Shown here: positions 1 through 12,476 of the stretch, one piece after another
Layout: each line of letters starts with the position of its first letter
How positions within the stretch are numbered: the stretch's first letter is position 1
Source: Dimargaris cristalligena
Lineage: Eukaryota
NCBI GenBank assembly: GCA_003614675.1
Contig: ML002209.1
Span: 1 to 64,000 of the forward strand
DNA length: 64,000 bases
Direction of reading: 5' to 3'
Translations under genes and position numbers: made by a program
Notes under the pieces: generated by a model
Database searches by the model: none
Told to the model about the DNA's origin: nothing
Seen by the model: the letters and a program-made list of their open reading frames with translations, nothing else

Positions 1-221
1 GGGGGGGGGGGGGGGGGCACACATAAACTTGTGACCCACACACAGCACCCTTCCCTTTCTCTGGACTATTCTTTCGTTTGTTGGCAACACATCCGTCAAT
101 ACCAAATAGCCCAGAATGGGAATTAGGATAGGAGGAGAGAGGGTAAATAAAACACGACAGGGCGGGGGAGGATACCGAGAAAAATAGAAAAATCTGTGGG
201 GAAACCAATCCAACAACTTAC

Positions 222-1863
222 CTGGTGACACCAACAACTCGCTGGCCGTGGGGTAAATAAAGGGAGATGCGTGGCCCACCGCGGAGTTCCCAAAGTGGTG
301 TGAATTAGGAAGCAGCGTGCCCATGTGATCCACTGATAGGGCTACCCCGCTGCCCGAATCAAGGCGAGTCACTGCTACTTGTCCTTCTCCTTCCGGCTCC
401 ACCCTCCTGGCTTCCAGTCGCGACAGAATCAGGGTGGTCGCGGGATGGGAAACTGCAATACGGGAGCCATCGGGACTGGCCAAATTAGGGACCGCTTCAT
501 TCAATTCCCGCAGGGTGGTAAGGACCGGGGACCCCGGGGTAGGGGGGTTGTCTAGTCCCCCCTCCAAGGCTGGTGGATCCCCCGTTATCTGACTTAGCAA
601 GTCGCTGAGTAACTCCGCCGGACCGCAACCGGGTACGGCGGCGGCCATGGAGCTGGAACGGGAAGGGGAGGGAGAGGAAGCGCGGGATGATTCCATCGAT
701 GCGTCCGCCTCCGAAGGGCTCTCCTCGTCCCCGAACAGCCCACCGGCCGCGGAAGGCAGTAGAAACGACCGAAGTTCCACACTGGGTTCGTGCGGATCCA
801 ATAGCGCGGCCGGGTGGTCACTACTGTCCAGGAGGAGCGCATGGGCCAGGATCATGTCATCGTCAGGACTCGGGCTCCGGATAGACGAGTCGGTATTCGA
901 CTCGGACCCCGCGGAGGAGTCATCGGAGCCAATGTCCCGTAGAAGCAGGGCCAAGACCTGCGGGGTCAAGAGGGTCAGATACGGGCCCTTGGTGCCCAGC
1001 TGGTTGGTTTCCAGCATCAGCGCCAAGGCGGCCGCCCCTCCCAGACCCGCCTCGGGGTGCCGCCAAGCCGCGGGTCCGCCCATGGTTGGCGGTAGGGGCG
1101 GGAACTGCGTATGGAAGAGGGGGTGGTTAATTTGGGGGGCCATGGTCCCAAAGACCAGCCCGATGGCCTCCGTCTGTAGCAGCGCGGTGCCGAAGGATAG
1201 GGATGGGCACGGTTCGGCCGAGTCCGAGTCCGCCTCGCGGTGGCCCTCCCACGGCGGATGCAGGGACGCGGTTAGTTCTTTGGGATAGCTGCTACTAATC
1301 AGAACAGACAGAAACTGCTCCAGGTTAGCCGCTGGCCGGATCCATTGCCAAAGCGAATAGGCCCACCGGATAGCCCGGGGCCGTTTCAGGGCGGCGGTAG
1401 CGGCGAGGACTTGGGCCCAGTCGGGTTCCACCGCGTTGGCCCGGCTTTGGCTGCTTTCCTGACGACGGCGTTCCTGCTGTTGCTGTTGCCGCTGTTGTCT
1501 CCGGCGGCGGCGGCTTTCTCGAATACCGCCCGGTACGGGTGAGCTCGGGGTGACGGGTGACGCGGCCTGCGACGGCTCGCACAGGAGTCGGCTATTCCAG
1601 CGGGTGGCCAATTGGGTAGCCAGAACCTGGGCTAGGGCGGGAGGAAACACGGCGGAGTCGGAAGGGGACGCGGCGGAGGAGCGGTGCTCTAGTCGTCTCC
1701 GACGCGCTGTAGCACAGAAGGGCTGGCGACAACTGGGACTACCACACCCGACGGTTAACTGGTGGTAGTAAGCCCAGAGCCGTTTGGCCCAGCTGCGGGA
1801 GGAGGGAGCCACCTCCAGACTAGGAGTAGGACTTAAGCTAAGCTGAGGGGACTCTGTAGACAT
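222..1863 (-). CDS. First exon of an AZUL (E6AP/UBE3A N-terminal Zn-binding) domain protein, probably a HECT E3 ubiquitin ligase; gene continues beyond the left edge
   Basis: Absent from the ORF track because the frame has no stop before the window edge. Manual translation from ATG 1863 is open for 547 codons (MSTESPQLSL...AYYHQLTVGCGSPSCRQPFCATARR...). YYHQLTxGCGxxxCxxxFCA is the AZUL signature. Exon ends at a G|GTAAGT donor (222/221). No HECT domain is visible in the window. Confidence 0.8.
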
Positions 1864-3712
1864 GGTCTGAGCACAAGGCGCCTAATACAGTTAGACGGGG
1901 GAGGAACGTAGCAGCTTAACCTATTGGGAAAGGCATGTAAAAGTGCCTAGCCAAGGTGGAGAAATGCCAATATTGTTATTGGGAATGAAAAGGAACAAGA
2001 TAGCTTTCTCGGAATAGGGGGCTGGATATAACAAAGAAACGGCTAGAAGGAATGGGGAGGGTCTAGCCAAGGAATAATAAGGTTGGTTTGAAAGGGTCGA
2101 TTGCTTAGGTCTGTGGGAATGCGAAGAACAGGGAAAGGCGAAAACTATACACGGTTTACCGTATAAAGCCGAAGGGATGGTGTGGTATTTAAATAGACCA
2201 GCAAGTATAGTCCCCGTATACAAAGAGGGGAGGGCTTTTGACTGCATGGGCACTGGCCGAAAGGTATTGCATGGGGCCAAACACGAGTGTATTTCTCGGT
2301 CTGACTGTTCACAAAGACCTTTCCCCGCTACTTCCACCCCCTTGACCAAATTCAAATTACCTATATATTACCATGGCTCCCCACTTAAAGGCGGCGACGG
2401 TGGTCCATCCCTTTCTACTGACTGGTTCAGCCCACCAGATAAACCTTGGGGATTCGACCGCACAATGGTCCTCGCAAAGGCGGAATTGGAAGCGATAGTG
2501 GACTTTGAAATTAGCCGAGCCGCTCATTGTAATTGACAGCCACAGGTCAGCGCAGCCAAGGTACCTAAGAGTGCCCCCCCCGTCCAGCCGTATGGGAGGG
2601 GGGCAATCAACCCGTTTGAAAAAAAGGGAGAATGACCACGCTTTTGTTGTGGTCCGCTGACCGTACCCTTGCACTCGTGTGGCAGTCAATATTGCCTCGA
2701 CCCTTTACCAAAAAAATTTACAGTGGGTGGAAGGACTCCGCAAGCGAAAAATGACCGCCGCGGGGTGCTCGCCCATTGTAATATGTTTTTATTCAGCCCA
2801 TCGAGAGACTAGGGCCCCCGCGACTGCCTGCCGCCATGGAAAAAAGCCAGTCATGCCGGGTTAACATTAATAGAAGCGGCTTCTATGAATACCCCGGGGG
2901 TTCATACGCTGTGGACAACCCACCCACCACTCCCTCCTTGCAGCGGCGGGAGATGCTGAAGTCAAGAAAAGGGAGGGTTGCTGGGCTAGAATAGCAGCAT
3001 TGTTGTGCCGCCAACGGCAACTCGTGATGGTTACTGTTTCGAGCTGGAACGAGGGGGTGGGTAAAGATTCAACCAAAAATAATAAAACGGCTGGGCTAGT
3101 GAGGGTTGGAGGGGTCGGTGCTGCTTGAAAGGGCGGGTAGTCTGCCGACTTGACCAGCCGGTCGACTCCCGAATCAGGTCTATCTAATAATAATCCTCGG
3201 GGGTTTTTTCAATGTTCCTCCCTGTCGTTGGGCAGCAGCTGACCAGCCTGGGCTGCGCAGTCTAGTGTGTGGAGGGTAGATAGATAAACGGCACCATTAC
3301 TCATCACCGGGTTTAATACGAAAGGCAGTGGTGTTGCTAGCCCCATTGGGTGATTCTATAGATATACAGATAGCCCCTTTTGTGTCTGGATAATTTTCAC
3401 GTAGAGGTTCGACACCATGTCGCATATTTACTTCTCCGTAAAATAATTCGAACCTTTTTGTCATTGACCCCTTTAAGCCTGCCATACATAGATCAATCCA
3501 CAGTCAATATTCGCAATCAAGTATGACGTATTACAACAGACAATTGGTAAAAATGGCCCCATTTCCTACTGTTGAAAAATACTGGCAAATGCGGTAATAT
3601 ACCACTAACCCTGGGATGTTCCCAGCGGAATGGGAGTAAAACAATCCACTTGGAAGTACTGGCGATTACATATATTATACGATCCAGCGCTAATCGTTCT
3701 GACCACCCGTTA

Positions 3713-3747
3713 ACTACGACGACGACGACGACTACTACTACTACTAC
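3713..3747. repeat. Compound trinucleotide microsatellite (ACG)n(ACT)n
   Basis: actacgacgacgacgacgactactactactactac read directly. Confidence 0.9.
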
Positions 3748-6700
3748 CTGGTCCTTGTCTTGCTTTGCCTTTCGCCTAATCTCGGCCCGTTAAGTAGACT
3801 GCCGGCTGTAAACAATCAATGGGAATGTGTAATTAAGCACGGGCTATTAATCTAGCCGCTTTCGAGATTCCCAATAAATCTCGGGTAAAGGTCTACACCA
3901 TATAATATCCCTCGCGGATATGGTGTGTGAAGTTGGAATGAAACAGCTGTGTTATCCCACCATAATATACTCCCTTTCCCAAATAGTCAAGCGCGATGTT
4001 TAATAGCCCTTCATGTTATTTTTGGATATCCGTGTTTGATTGGCCGGGGATATACTTTCCACTGGAATATAGACCAGTATTGATTAACCGCCAAAGAAAA
4101 GGGGCGAGTTGGATTGCGCTGAACGGGACCGGGTCTCGGGACTGGCGGACTACGCTTTGGCAGCCAGCTAGCTACGCGATTTCACAGTCTAGTCCAGCAT
4201 TATGGCTTAAAAGTGAGCTCTTCACACCTGGCGGATATCCAGGACCATGCCAAATTTTACGGACTATTCCGCTTTATGGTACTTGGTTGGCCTCTGCCAG
4301 GGGATTATTCGAAAAGGACAGCAAGTTCGGCCCGTGTAATGGGCTGTTGGTTACAACGCATATTGCGAATTTAGGGGTGCTGACGTTGGCAGTTGCCCGA
4401 GCAAATAACCGTGCGGTGCGGCCGTAGTAAGCCTCTAGCAATACCTCTGGTGGCTATCTCCGTCGACCTGTTTATATTCTGCACTACTCAGCGCTTTATT
4501 TGATAGCCGTCGCTCTTAAACACGCCTTCACTTCCTTTCTAATAAACTATGAACAATTCCAAGTTGTTTATTAGCAATTCGATAATCGTTGTTTAAACAG
4601 CCACAGCCCGCTCTGTTGAAGGCCTAAGGCGACCATCACGTCAGCAAAAACGCAGCAACACCCAATTTGTAATCGCAGTCAACCTAATGAGCCGGTATAT
4701 TTGAATATACCCTAATGGTGTTTCCCAAATATTGTAACCAAATTTGCTGAATTCCCTAGGCAAATATTATGGGTAATGATTTTACGGAATGCTTCAAATA
4801 TGCCGGTTACGCAAAGTGAGGATAGTCACCCAACTGAGAAATAGTTATATAGTATCTTCCATTTCCCACTCCCTAGTTAACCTTGGGCATAGTCTGGGGA
4901 CAGCATGTATTATGAAAGGAAACACCATATCCAAATACTCACTTGGAAGCCCCAACTGTTGAGCAGCAATCTGATAATACATATGATAGTAATACTATTT
5001 CGGAAGCGTCAAGGAAACTCTATCCCAACACTTTCCATGTTTCTGCCTGCATTCCATTTATCTATCAACCTATATATGTATATATATGATTAACACTGCA
5101 TGCCCATTCCATACTAACTGTTTATTTGGGCCCACTATTTAATACAAGGTTGCCAACTTCGAGTTTCGTTTACCCCTGGGTCTTGCGTAATTTAGTCCCT
5201 CGGTTAGGCACACCTCCTATATTAACCACACTTACGTGAACCATCCCTCTCAACCCCTTACGTGTTCCATATGCCAATCCTACCACGGGTATTTGCCAAT
5301 GGGCAGGCTCGGATTCTCCATACAACTGGTTTGCTCAACCATTTTTTATATTTCAATTAATAGTGTACCACATAGTGTGTATATGATTATCCAATCTTGT
5401 GGAATAAGCCTCCCTCAACGGTGCCGCTTAGGTTGGTGCTGGAAAAAACAGGCAAGGGGACAGGCCCGTCACCTGAACTCACTTATATATAACCACGTTA
5501 ATACTACAGTTTATCGGACCCGTTGCCCTCACTAATTGCTACGATTATCCTATCAAAGCACTCCTACCTCTGCCATGTGCTTTATACCTGCACCCCCCCC
5601 CCCCCCGCTTGCTATGCTCGAGCCCCCTGTTTTTCTCTCCATTTTTTTATTTTTATTTCCTAGTCAGCAAGTATCGTTGGCATCATTCACTTACGTAAAC
5701 GGTATGCTATGGGTTAAATAGGTGCCCAGTACATTGTCACGGGGCCTTCGGGATTGTAACTGTATCGCCACATATTATAATATAAGTGCCCAAAGCTGTT
5801 AATAGTAGTGCAGTGTAACAAGCCGAATGTGACGTTTTACGACCCTTGTCTAACGCACATAATATTACTAATGTGTCCCTTCGCGTCTCCTTAATTATCA
5901 TTCGGCAGTTCGAGTCATCGCTGCTTTGCATTACTCCGGGTTACCCCAGCCCGACCACAACACGCCATAATTGTGTCCTGCTTTCAGTAACTACATTGAC
6001 TTCTTATAAAAAGGACGTCTTCGGTGCACGTCGAAGAAACAACAATCATCATAGCCCTCAACATTCTACAACAACACCGCTTTAGTTCTTCCATTTATTT
6101 CCCTATCTCTATCTATTATTTTATTATACCCCGAATAAACCTTCGTCTTAACACCAACATTGACGTTGGATAAACTGGGGTCATCTCTAAACGCTTATAT
6201 CGTTACACCGAAGATATTATCTACCCTCTTGGAGCTACCGTCTCCTCCCGCCTGTACTCATGCTCCAACCTATCCGCCGTATATGGATGAAACCCACCAG
6301 CTGTTTGGGGCTTTGAACTAAATGTGATTAGTAGAATAAAATGCGATCGTTTCTACCCCGCCAACTTAGTGGTATTAAATATATTATTAGTTATCCCAAA
6401 AAACTGTACCTCTCCCATGTAAAGTTCCCAAAAACCATTAAGTTGAATAATACAAGAACACTCAATGCTCAGATATATGAATGTATCAAATGGTTGTATG
6501 CAGAAGAGTCGAAAGTAGGTTTGGGATGGCCAGTTTCGTAACCGTTAACCATGATTGAAAAGTAGTACCGCCAAAGTAAGTGCAATGGGTTCAAATCGGC
6601 CACAGTGAAGAGTGCCAGAGATTGGGTGTTGGAATGTTCAGGGTGGGACGACGATGGATTCCATCGAAGCTGTTTTCAAAAAGCGGAAAATCAGGCCCAA

Positions 6701-7335
6701 AATATAGGTATTTCAAAAATAGGTTCTACTATTTCGCTACTCCAAATGTATATTTGAAATACCCTTGAACTCTCCCTCGTATTTTTTTCTTCGAATCCCG
6801 CCTCACTCGCCTTTGCAGCCAGGGCTAGGTTGGGCGTGTTTAACCTTACGGCGGTTTTTCTTGTTCCAATTCGAGTGCCGGCACGACCGTGGTTGGTCGG
6901 TTGACGTGCCACAACCCTTGTTCGATGTAACCGTTCTTTCCGTTTAGGGATCAAGTGGTGAAAGCAGCTGATGGTTGGCTCAACGGCTGTTAAAACCATG
7001 GGCCAATGAAGGACCAGCTCTCAATGGGCAATTTGTAGATGAATTATCGGGGTGTCGCCGCCGCCTTGATTTTTTTTATGGTGCTCAAACCCCAAAGTAA
7101 CTTACACCGTGAAGCCGCATTGCATAAATAGCGAGTATCTCGCAGCTTTTTGGGAAGGACACACCGCTACTATTTTCTGTACTTCGTTTAGGTGTTCATA
7201 CCCCGTTTCCCCTACCCTACTACTCTCCGGATACTCCAGTCCCTATGCTTTAGGGGTTTGCCATCATTTAGCAATCCTATTCCTCCCCCCTCTTCCCCTC
7301 GCCTCCCTTACTTTCCAAGTCGAATAAGAGCCGCC

Positions 7336-7959
7336 ATGAGACTCCATCACGTGACAACCGTTACATGTCTGATCGCAGCGTTCACTGTGGGAATGGCTAG
7401 CCCCTCGTCGTCGTCCTCGCAGCCATCCTCGACGTCGCTCGGGCAAAATGAAGCCCCGCAACAAGCCCCCAAGACCCGAAAACGCGACCATATCCGTAAT
7501 GTGGCCCACCGTTTCAAGGAAACATTTAGAACGCCCCAGGCTTCGTCGTCGTCCCAAGTGCTCCAGTCGCCTCAAGAGGTTCGGTTGCCCCAAACGGAAT
7601 TGGCCAAGTATTTCCAAGAAGCCGTCCAATACGAATCCGATTATGCCAACTGGCGAGGCATTTCCACTGCCCTCTATGAATCGGCCCTGAAAGAAGCCCT
7701 AGTCGTGGCTTTTGCGGTGGATCTAAGTGGAAACCCTTTTACGGCTACCGTGACGCCTTTAGCGATCAATACCGTCACTAATTACTACCAATTTCACGCG
7801 GGACAGGTATGGGATGTCGCGCCTTTTGTTTTTTTCGTTAACTTAAAAATTCCGGCCGAAAAGGAATTGTTGGAATACATTGTATTGGCCAATGCTTATG
7901 GTCGTCGCTTTCTCAAGTCAACTGGCGAAATCGATTGGGATTCCCAAACCACTAGTTAG
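7336..7959 (+). CDS. Orphan secreted protein, 207 aa
   Basis: GCCGCCATG start context; signal-peptide-like N-terminus MRLHHVTTVTCLIAAFTVGMA|SP; Ser/Gln-rich linker and basic KTRKR patch; intronless; no family recognised. Confidence 0.75.
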   Translation: MRLHHVTTVTCLIAAFTVGMASPSSSSSQPSSTSLGQNEAPQQAPKTRKRDHIRNVAHRFKETFRTPQASSSSQVLQSPQEVRLPQTELAKYFQEAVQYESDYANWRGISTALYESALKEALVVAFAVDLSGNPFTATVTPLAINTVTNYYQFHAGQVWDVAPFVFFVNLKIPAEKELLEYIVLANAYGRRFLKSTGEIDWDSQTTS

Positions 7960-8867
7960 TTGGTGTGAGATCGGGTCCTAATTATTATCAGCATGGATAT
8001 GGCAAACTTATGCACAGTAGACATTGGCAATGAATTCCAATCGAGGTATAGTACCTCCCACATGGCCATAAATTACTATCAGCTTATTGACCAAAAATAA
8101 TTGGACATAGCTCAAAAAAAATACCAATATATAGAAATACCCAACCAACGAGATGAGCTGCAGACTGCCTACATATCCACTTTTGTTACGGGAGAAGCCC
8201 AGTTCCCCTGGGTAATAATATGTACTTTTCCTGGGGGAGGTTTTACTATTGACCAATAACATCCTCACTTCGTATGCTATTGTTGCATCCACAGCCATAG
8301 CAGGGGCCGACCTTAGCCGGCGCATAAATCTGGCATGCCTGGATACCCCCAACGCTTCTGAGGCCGCTACATCTGAAGTACCGGTGGATGACCCAAATGG
8401 GATATATACATCCCAGTAGGTCTGGTGACAACATATGTGGACACCACCATACTCTTACCTGAGGATGGTCATCAGCTATATAAACAGTGTATCGGCCGCA
8501 CTTCCTGGATCCCCAGTTTACTAGCACCCATAATGCCTCTACTAGTTCAGATTCCATACTCCTTTAATGAAGCGCACTCTTTCCAATCGCTATTTAACAC
8601 TATTTCCTATTTAACCCAAAATGTATTGAGAAATATGTCCCAACTGGCCTATTACACTCGCCTATTTCCAACTGGATATGTTAGTTTAACCAGGTATTAT
8701 TTGTCCTCACATTTTAACCACTTAAAATACCCCTACTAATAATACTATTTAATACAACTAAACTTATTAGAGGTACTTATTACCCTCTAGCTATTTTATT
8801 ATCTTTAACCTAGTCTTAATGATATGTATTTAGTATTTATAATAAAATTTTATATAGCTAGATAGAA

Positions 8868-9450
8868 TATCACCCAGGTTAACTACTCTTAGCCTATTAA
8901 GAATCCTGAAGATAGGCTTCTAATGGTAGGTGGGGCTTAGACTCGACCAAGTGGGCTACTAATGTTAGGTACAGGCATAGTACTAACTAATATAGGCTAA
9001 GTGTAGGTATAGGTAAGGGATATGCAGTAAGCATACTTACTAGTCAGTATGAGGAGAGTGAGCATATATAGGGTTTATTAGGGATAAACTAGGGGTAAGA
9101 ATAAGCTAAGGAATCTAACTGGTCCCAATGGGGCCCAGTTATATATATGTAGGGACAACTCTAGAGGGAGGTCCCAGGGGAAGGATACTACTAAGACTAA
9201 AGTATAGTAAAAATAGGCTAACTGGATAGCCACTAGTATCCAGAAGACTCTGAGGGTAACTGGAAGAGTCTTCAGATTTACACTTGAGTAATTAGTGTAA
9301 AGAGGTGGAGTCCAGAAGGGGAAGGGTTATATAATATAGGATGATCCCATAGTACTGGGGGTGACTATGGGAAGGCTAATATGGTACTATAAGGTCTAAT
9401 AGGGACAGACATTAAGGCATCTAGATTAAGGAGGATTAGATGGCCTAATA
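8868..9450 (-). mobile_element. Degenerate LTR, copy 1 (583 bp)
   Basis: Aligns end-to-end with 41841-42423. Ends reconstruct to TGTCG...(C/T)GACA. Minus strand has TATATAA (9327-9333) then AATAAA (9074-9079). Only one CpG in 8661-9667. Confidence 0.7.
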
Positions 9451-10524
9451 GAGGGCTTAAATTAGAGAGGGGGGTGAATAATGAAACACATTAAACTAGC
9501 TAGACTGTTAGAGGCTAAGGAACTACCCATTTCTTAGAGACTTCTTATGTCCAGAAAGGGAGAGGGGGGTCCCATTTCTTTGAGTGAGTATAAGGTAGTA
9601 GTTGGCTGTGTGATTTTATTATAAGTGTCAGCCTTGGGCAAGGGTTTTTTTATGGCAAGTAAACCCCGAGTTGAAGCCCTATTTTCTATTGTATCACCTT
9701 GGGCCCTCGATTTTGGGGACCCAATTTCCAAACCTCCCATTATTCACTTTCCGAGCTCCAAAGTTGCTGGTTTTGAAGGAGCATGTTTGGGATCATAGCT
9801 GCAGGATTGGTGAATGATATCTGTGACCAAGGGATAGACCCCCGTTGGGTTCCACAGCAAGTGGCAAAAAAGGGAAGCTAGTTAGAGTAGTTATATGGGA
9901 GAAAGCAAAGTGTGTATGTGTAGAATGGGGCTAATGAAGGAACCGTCTGTGGCACAAGAAAGGCTTTATTAAAATTTGGAGTCGGGACACCCGGCCAATA
10001 GATCGGGTAGTAAGGATTTAAGGTGAAGGGGAGAGGGAATAACCTATTAGTGGGCAGCTAATACCTGGGCCCCCGCGTCTATGCCCATATTGGCCTCGGC
10101 CAACTATTAATAATGGTTAAGAATATAGCGCAGTTTTGCCCCCCTCAATTCGGAGGGTGCAAGTCCCCCTTCCCCCCTCCCTTCCCTTTCCCCTTGTCTT
10201 GCCAATAATGACAGTCACTACATATTCTGGTTTGCGTGGGCCACCATCCTTATATAAGCCAGCTCACCGGCCTCCATCATATTGTTATTCAGTTTCCTCC
10301 TATTCTCTTCTACTACCATATTATCCGTCCCCCCCCTATTCTTCGTTCTTTTTGTTAAAAAATAATAGTAATTGCAGAACCCTGCCTATCAATTTCTACG
10401 GTTACTGGTCCATTATTCACTCTCCCCCCGCTTTAGTGCCACCATAGACCGGCCATTCGCTAGTATCAGATATATTGAACTTGGCTTGACTTCTACTGCT
10501 TTTCCTGCCCAACCTCCTACCAGT

Positions 10525-11505
10525 ATGTTGGCTCGACCCTCTATGACCACGATTGTGATCCTCACTGCCATCCTGGCGGGAACGACTCAAGCAAGCCCAA
10601 AACTCTTTGTAAGTTCTGGTGTAGTATTGAACATGTGCAATGACTTGAAGCAGTACCCGTTTGCCCCGACTAAAAAATAGTAGGATATGGATTTGAGTGG
10701 CCTCGTCCCGGAATAGCCAAATGGCCGAAAAACCCTCGTTACTAATTCTACTTTAATATATATATATATGTGTGTGTGTGTATTTTTGCGGACGTTTGTG
10801 GTATGGCTATTGCTTCTTTTTTAAAAAAAAATGTATCAGGGCGACGGGTGTAGTGCGATTAAAAAGGACGAGTATCAATTGAAGACCAATCCCAGTGTAG
10901 TAATTGAAAGAATCCTTGGAGTCGACCTCCAGGCCTATCTGAACATTGAGCCGAAATCTAAGGGTAGGTTTAGTTTATTGCAGAGTTCTTTGAAGTCTTC
11001 GGGCAGCCCTATTGCGGACTGTTATGCCGAAAATCCCGCACAGGCCAAATCCTTTATCCAATCGGTCCTTTCCACCCTGCCACGCCAAGTTCCGGGCTAA
11101 AACTATGTGGACTTTTTGAAGGACCCCGCCATCGACGAGTTGATTAAGATGAAGGCGGATACGGATCGCGAATATGGTTCTAGTTTGCCGGAAACCGAGT
11201 CCTTTTTCGATTCGGACTCCGGCGTTTCCGGCGTTGGGGAGGACGAGGACGAGTACGCGTTCAACTCGCCCAGCGTTTACAGTCATCTCGACCATTCCGA
11301 AGAGAGTGATAGTATGCCGAGTTTCGACGAGATCTTCAATCACGGAGAAAGTGCGCCGCTGGATAATGAGTATCACTTTAAGTCTGGTTCCTACTGGGAA
11401 AAGCAGAAGGGGCTAGACTCCCTGAAGCTGACTGACAATGCCAAGGCCGAAGTAAATGGATTGATCGCTCAATACTTCACGGAGCTCCCGGGGCGTTTCC
11501 AGTAA
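10525..11505 (+). pseudogene. Two-exon secreted orphan gene with an internal in-frame TAA (114 aa to the stop; 249 aa if continuous)
   Basis: Exon 1 10525-10608 (MLARPSMTTIVILTAILAGTTQA|SPKLF); intron 10609-10839 (GTAAGT...CAG, phase 0); exon 2 from 10840; TAA at 11098-11100, then the same frame stays open to 11505; TATATAAG at 10251. Confidence 0.6.
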
Positions 11506-12476
11506 TTACCCATTCTATCGGGCCCTGCGGTCAGCAATGCTTCGCAACCAGTTGTGGCTCTTTTATCTGTATCCCTTGAAGTAATAATATGTCAAGAGTG
11601 GTTTTTAAGTTTTTAATGTATTATCTTGTATCCGGACAGTAGGTTCATATAGTGTTGTTGATTTTCTTGGATATCTTTTACCGACATACCCCGGTTAGTG
11701 TCATATTTTTAAATGTATTGTATGATATAGGACGAGGAATCTACAGGCCAAGAAATGCGGCCGCGGCTGGATGGTGGATGAATGACAAGTATATTGTCAA
11801 AAAAGAATCGGCATCTATAGAAGACAGGGGAGGATCTATACGAGAAGACTTGAAATACGGTACAAATTACAGTGCCGGATTAGAGGTAGTTTGTTCGGGA
11901 TTACTGAAGGCATATAGACCCCCTTTCAGTATTGGATTAAACATGTGGGGCGGGCACCTTATATAGCAAATAGACTGGGTTGGCCAATCGTTTATTTGTA
12001 AATGTCCTGTTCACATATTGCAACCTTCCGTAATTTCGATTAGACTCCCTGTCAAACTATGGTCCATAAATGCGGGTGGACCACTGAATTCACTGGGGCT
12101 CACTCAAGTAATTAATTATTGCCAATACATCTGGTTTTATAAATGGGATTGGGTATTCTGTAGCTACTTCGAAAGTGAGTTGAGTCTGAAGGGGGGAGGG
12201 TATTGCCGACCCATATTCGGCTGCACATGCAATCAATAGGAAAGGTGGTTTAACTGTAAAGCCGCTTGAAGTGGGATTATTGCACTGTTAATCAAGGAAT
12301 CGGTCACTTGGAGTAACCATAATAACCCGTAAAGGTAAAAGCCAGGAAAACGATATACAACAATGCGCGAATAGATAGGGCACTGGAGGGCAAGTCCAGC
12401 TCATTTGGTTTCCCTTGGGATAATCCAATTTTACGTTCCATCAATCCGCCGTTTTTTCACCCAACTTTAATTTGTT

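Noticed and set aside
1-16. G16 run as a telomere or functional element
   Set aside because: Homopolymer inside an intron, truncated by the window edge; no telomeric repeat unit
647-1288. 213-aa plus-strand ORF and other short ORFs in 594-1768
   Set aside because: Antisense or alternate-frame shadows of the AZUL exon
6790-6812. TTCGAATCCCGCC resembling a tRNA T-arm
   Set aside because: No matching 5' T-stem, D-arm or acceptor stem
8903-9276. Hammerhead, HDV, or group I/II intron cores in the repeat (CTGAAGA on both strands)
   Set aside because: No GAAA after a stem II, no HDV pseudoknot, and no domain V or P7 pairing found
11098-11100. TAA reassignment (alternative genetic code)
   Set aside because: FCF1, PGLS, CLPTM1, CMS1, APL1 and VPS52 all end at TAA at their expected C-termini
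11089-11121. 33-nt intron that would remove the TAA at 11098
   Set aside because: Non-consensus donor (GTTCCG) and far shorter than the other introns here
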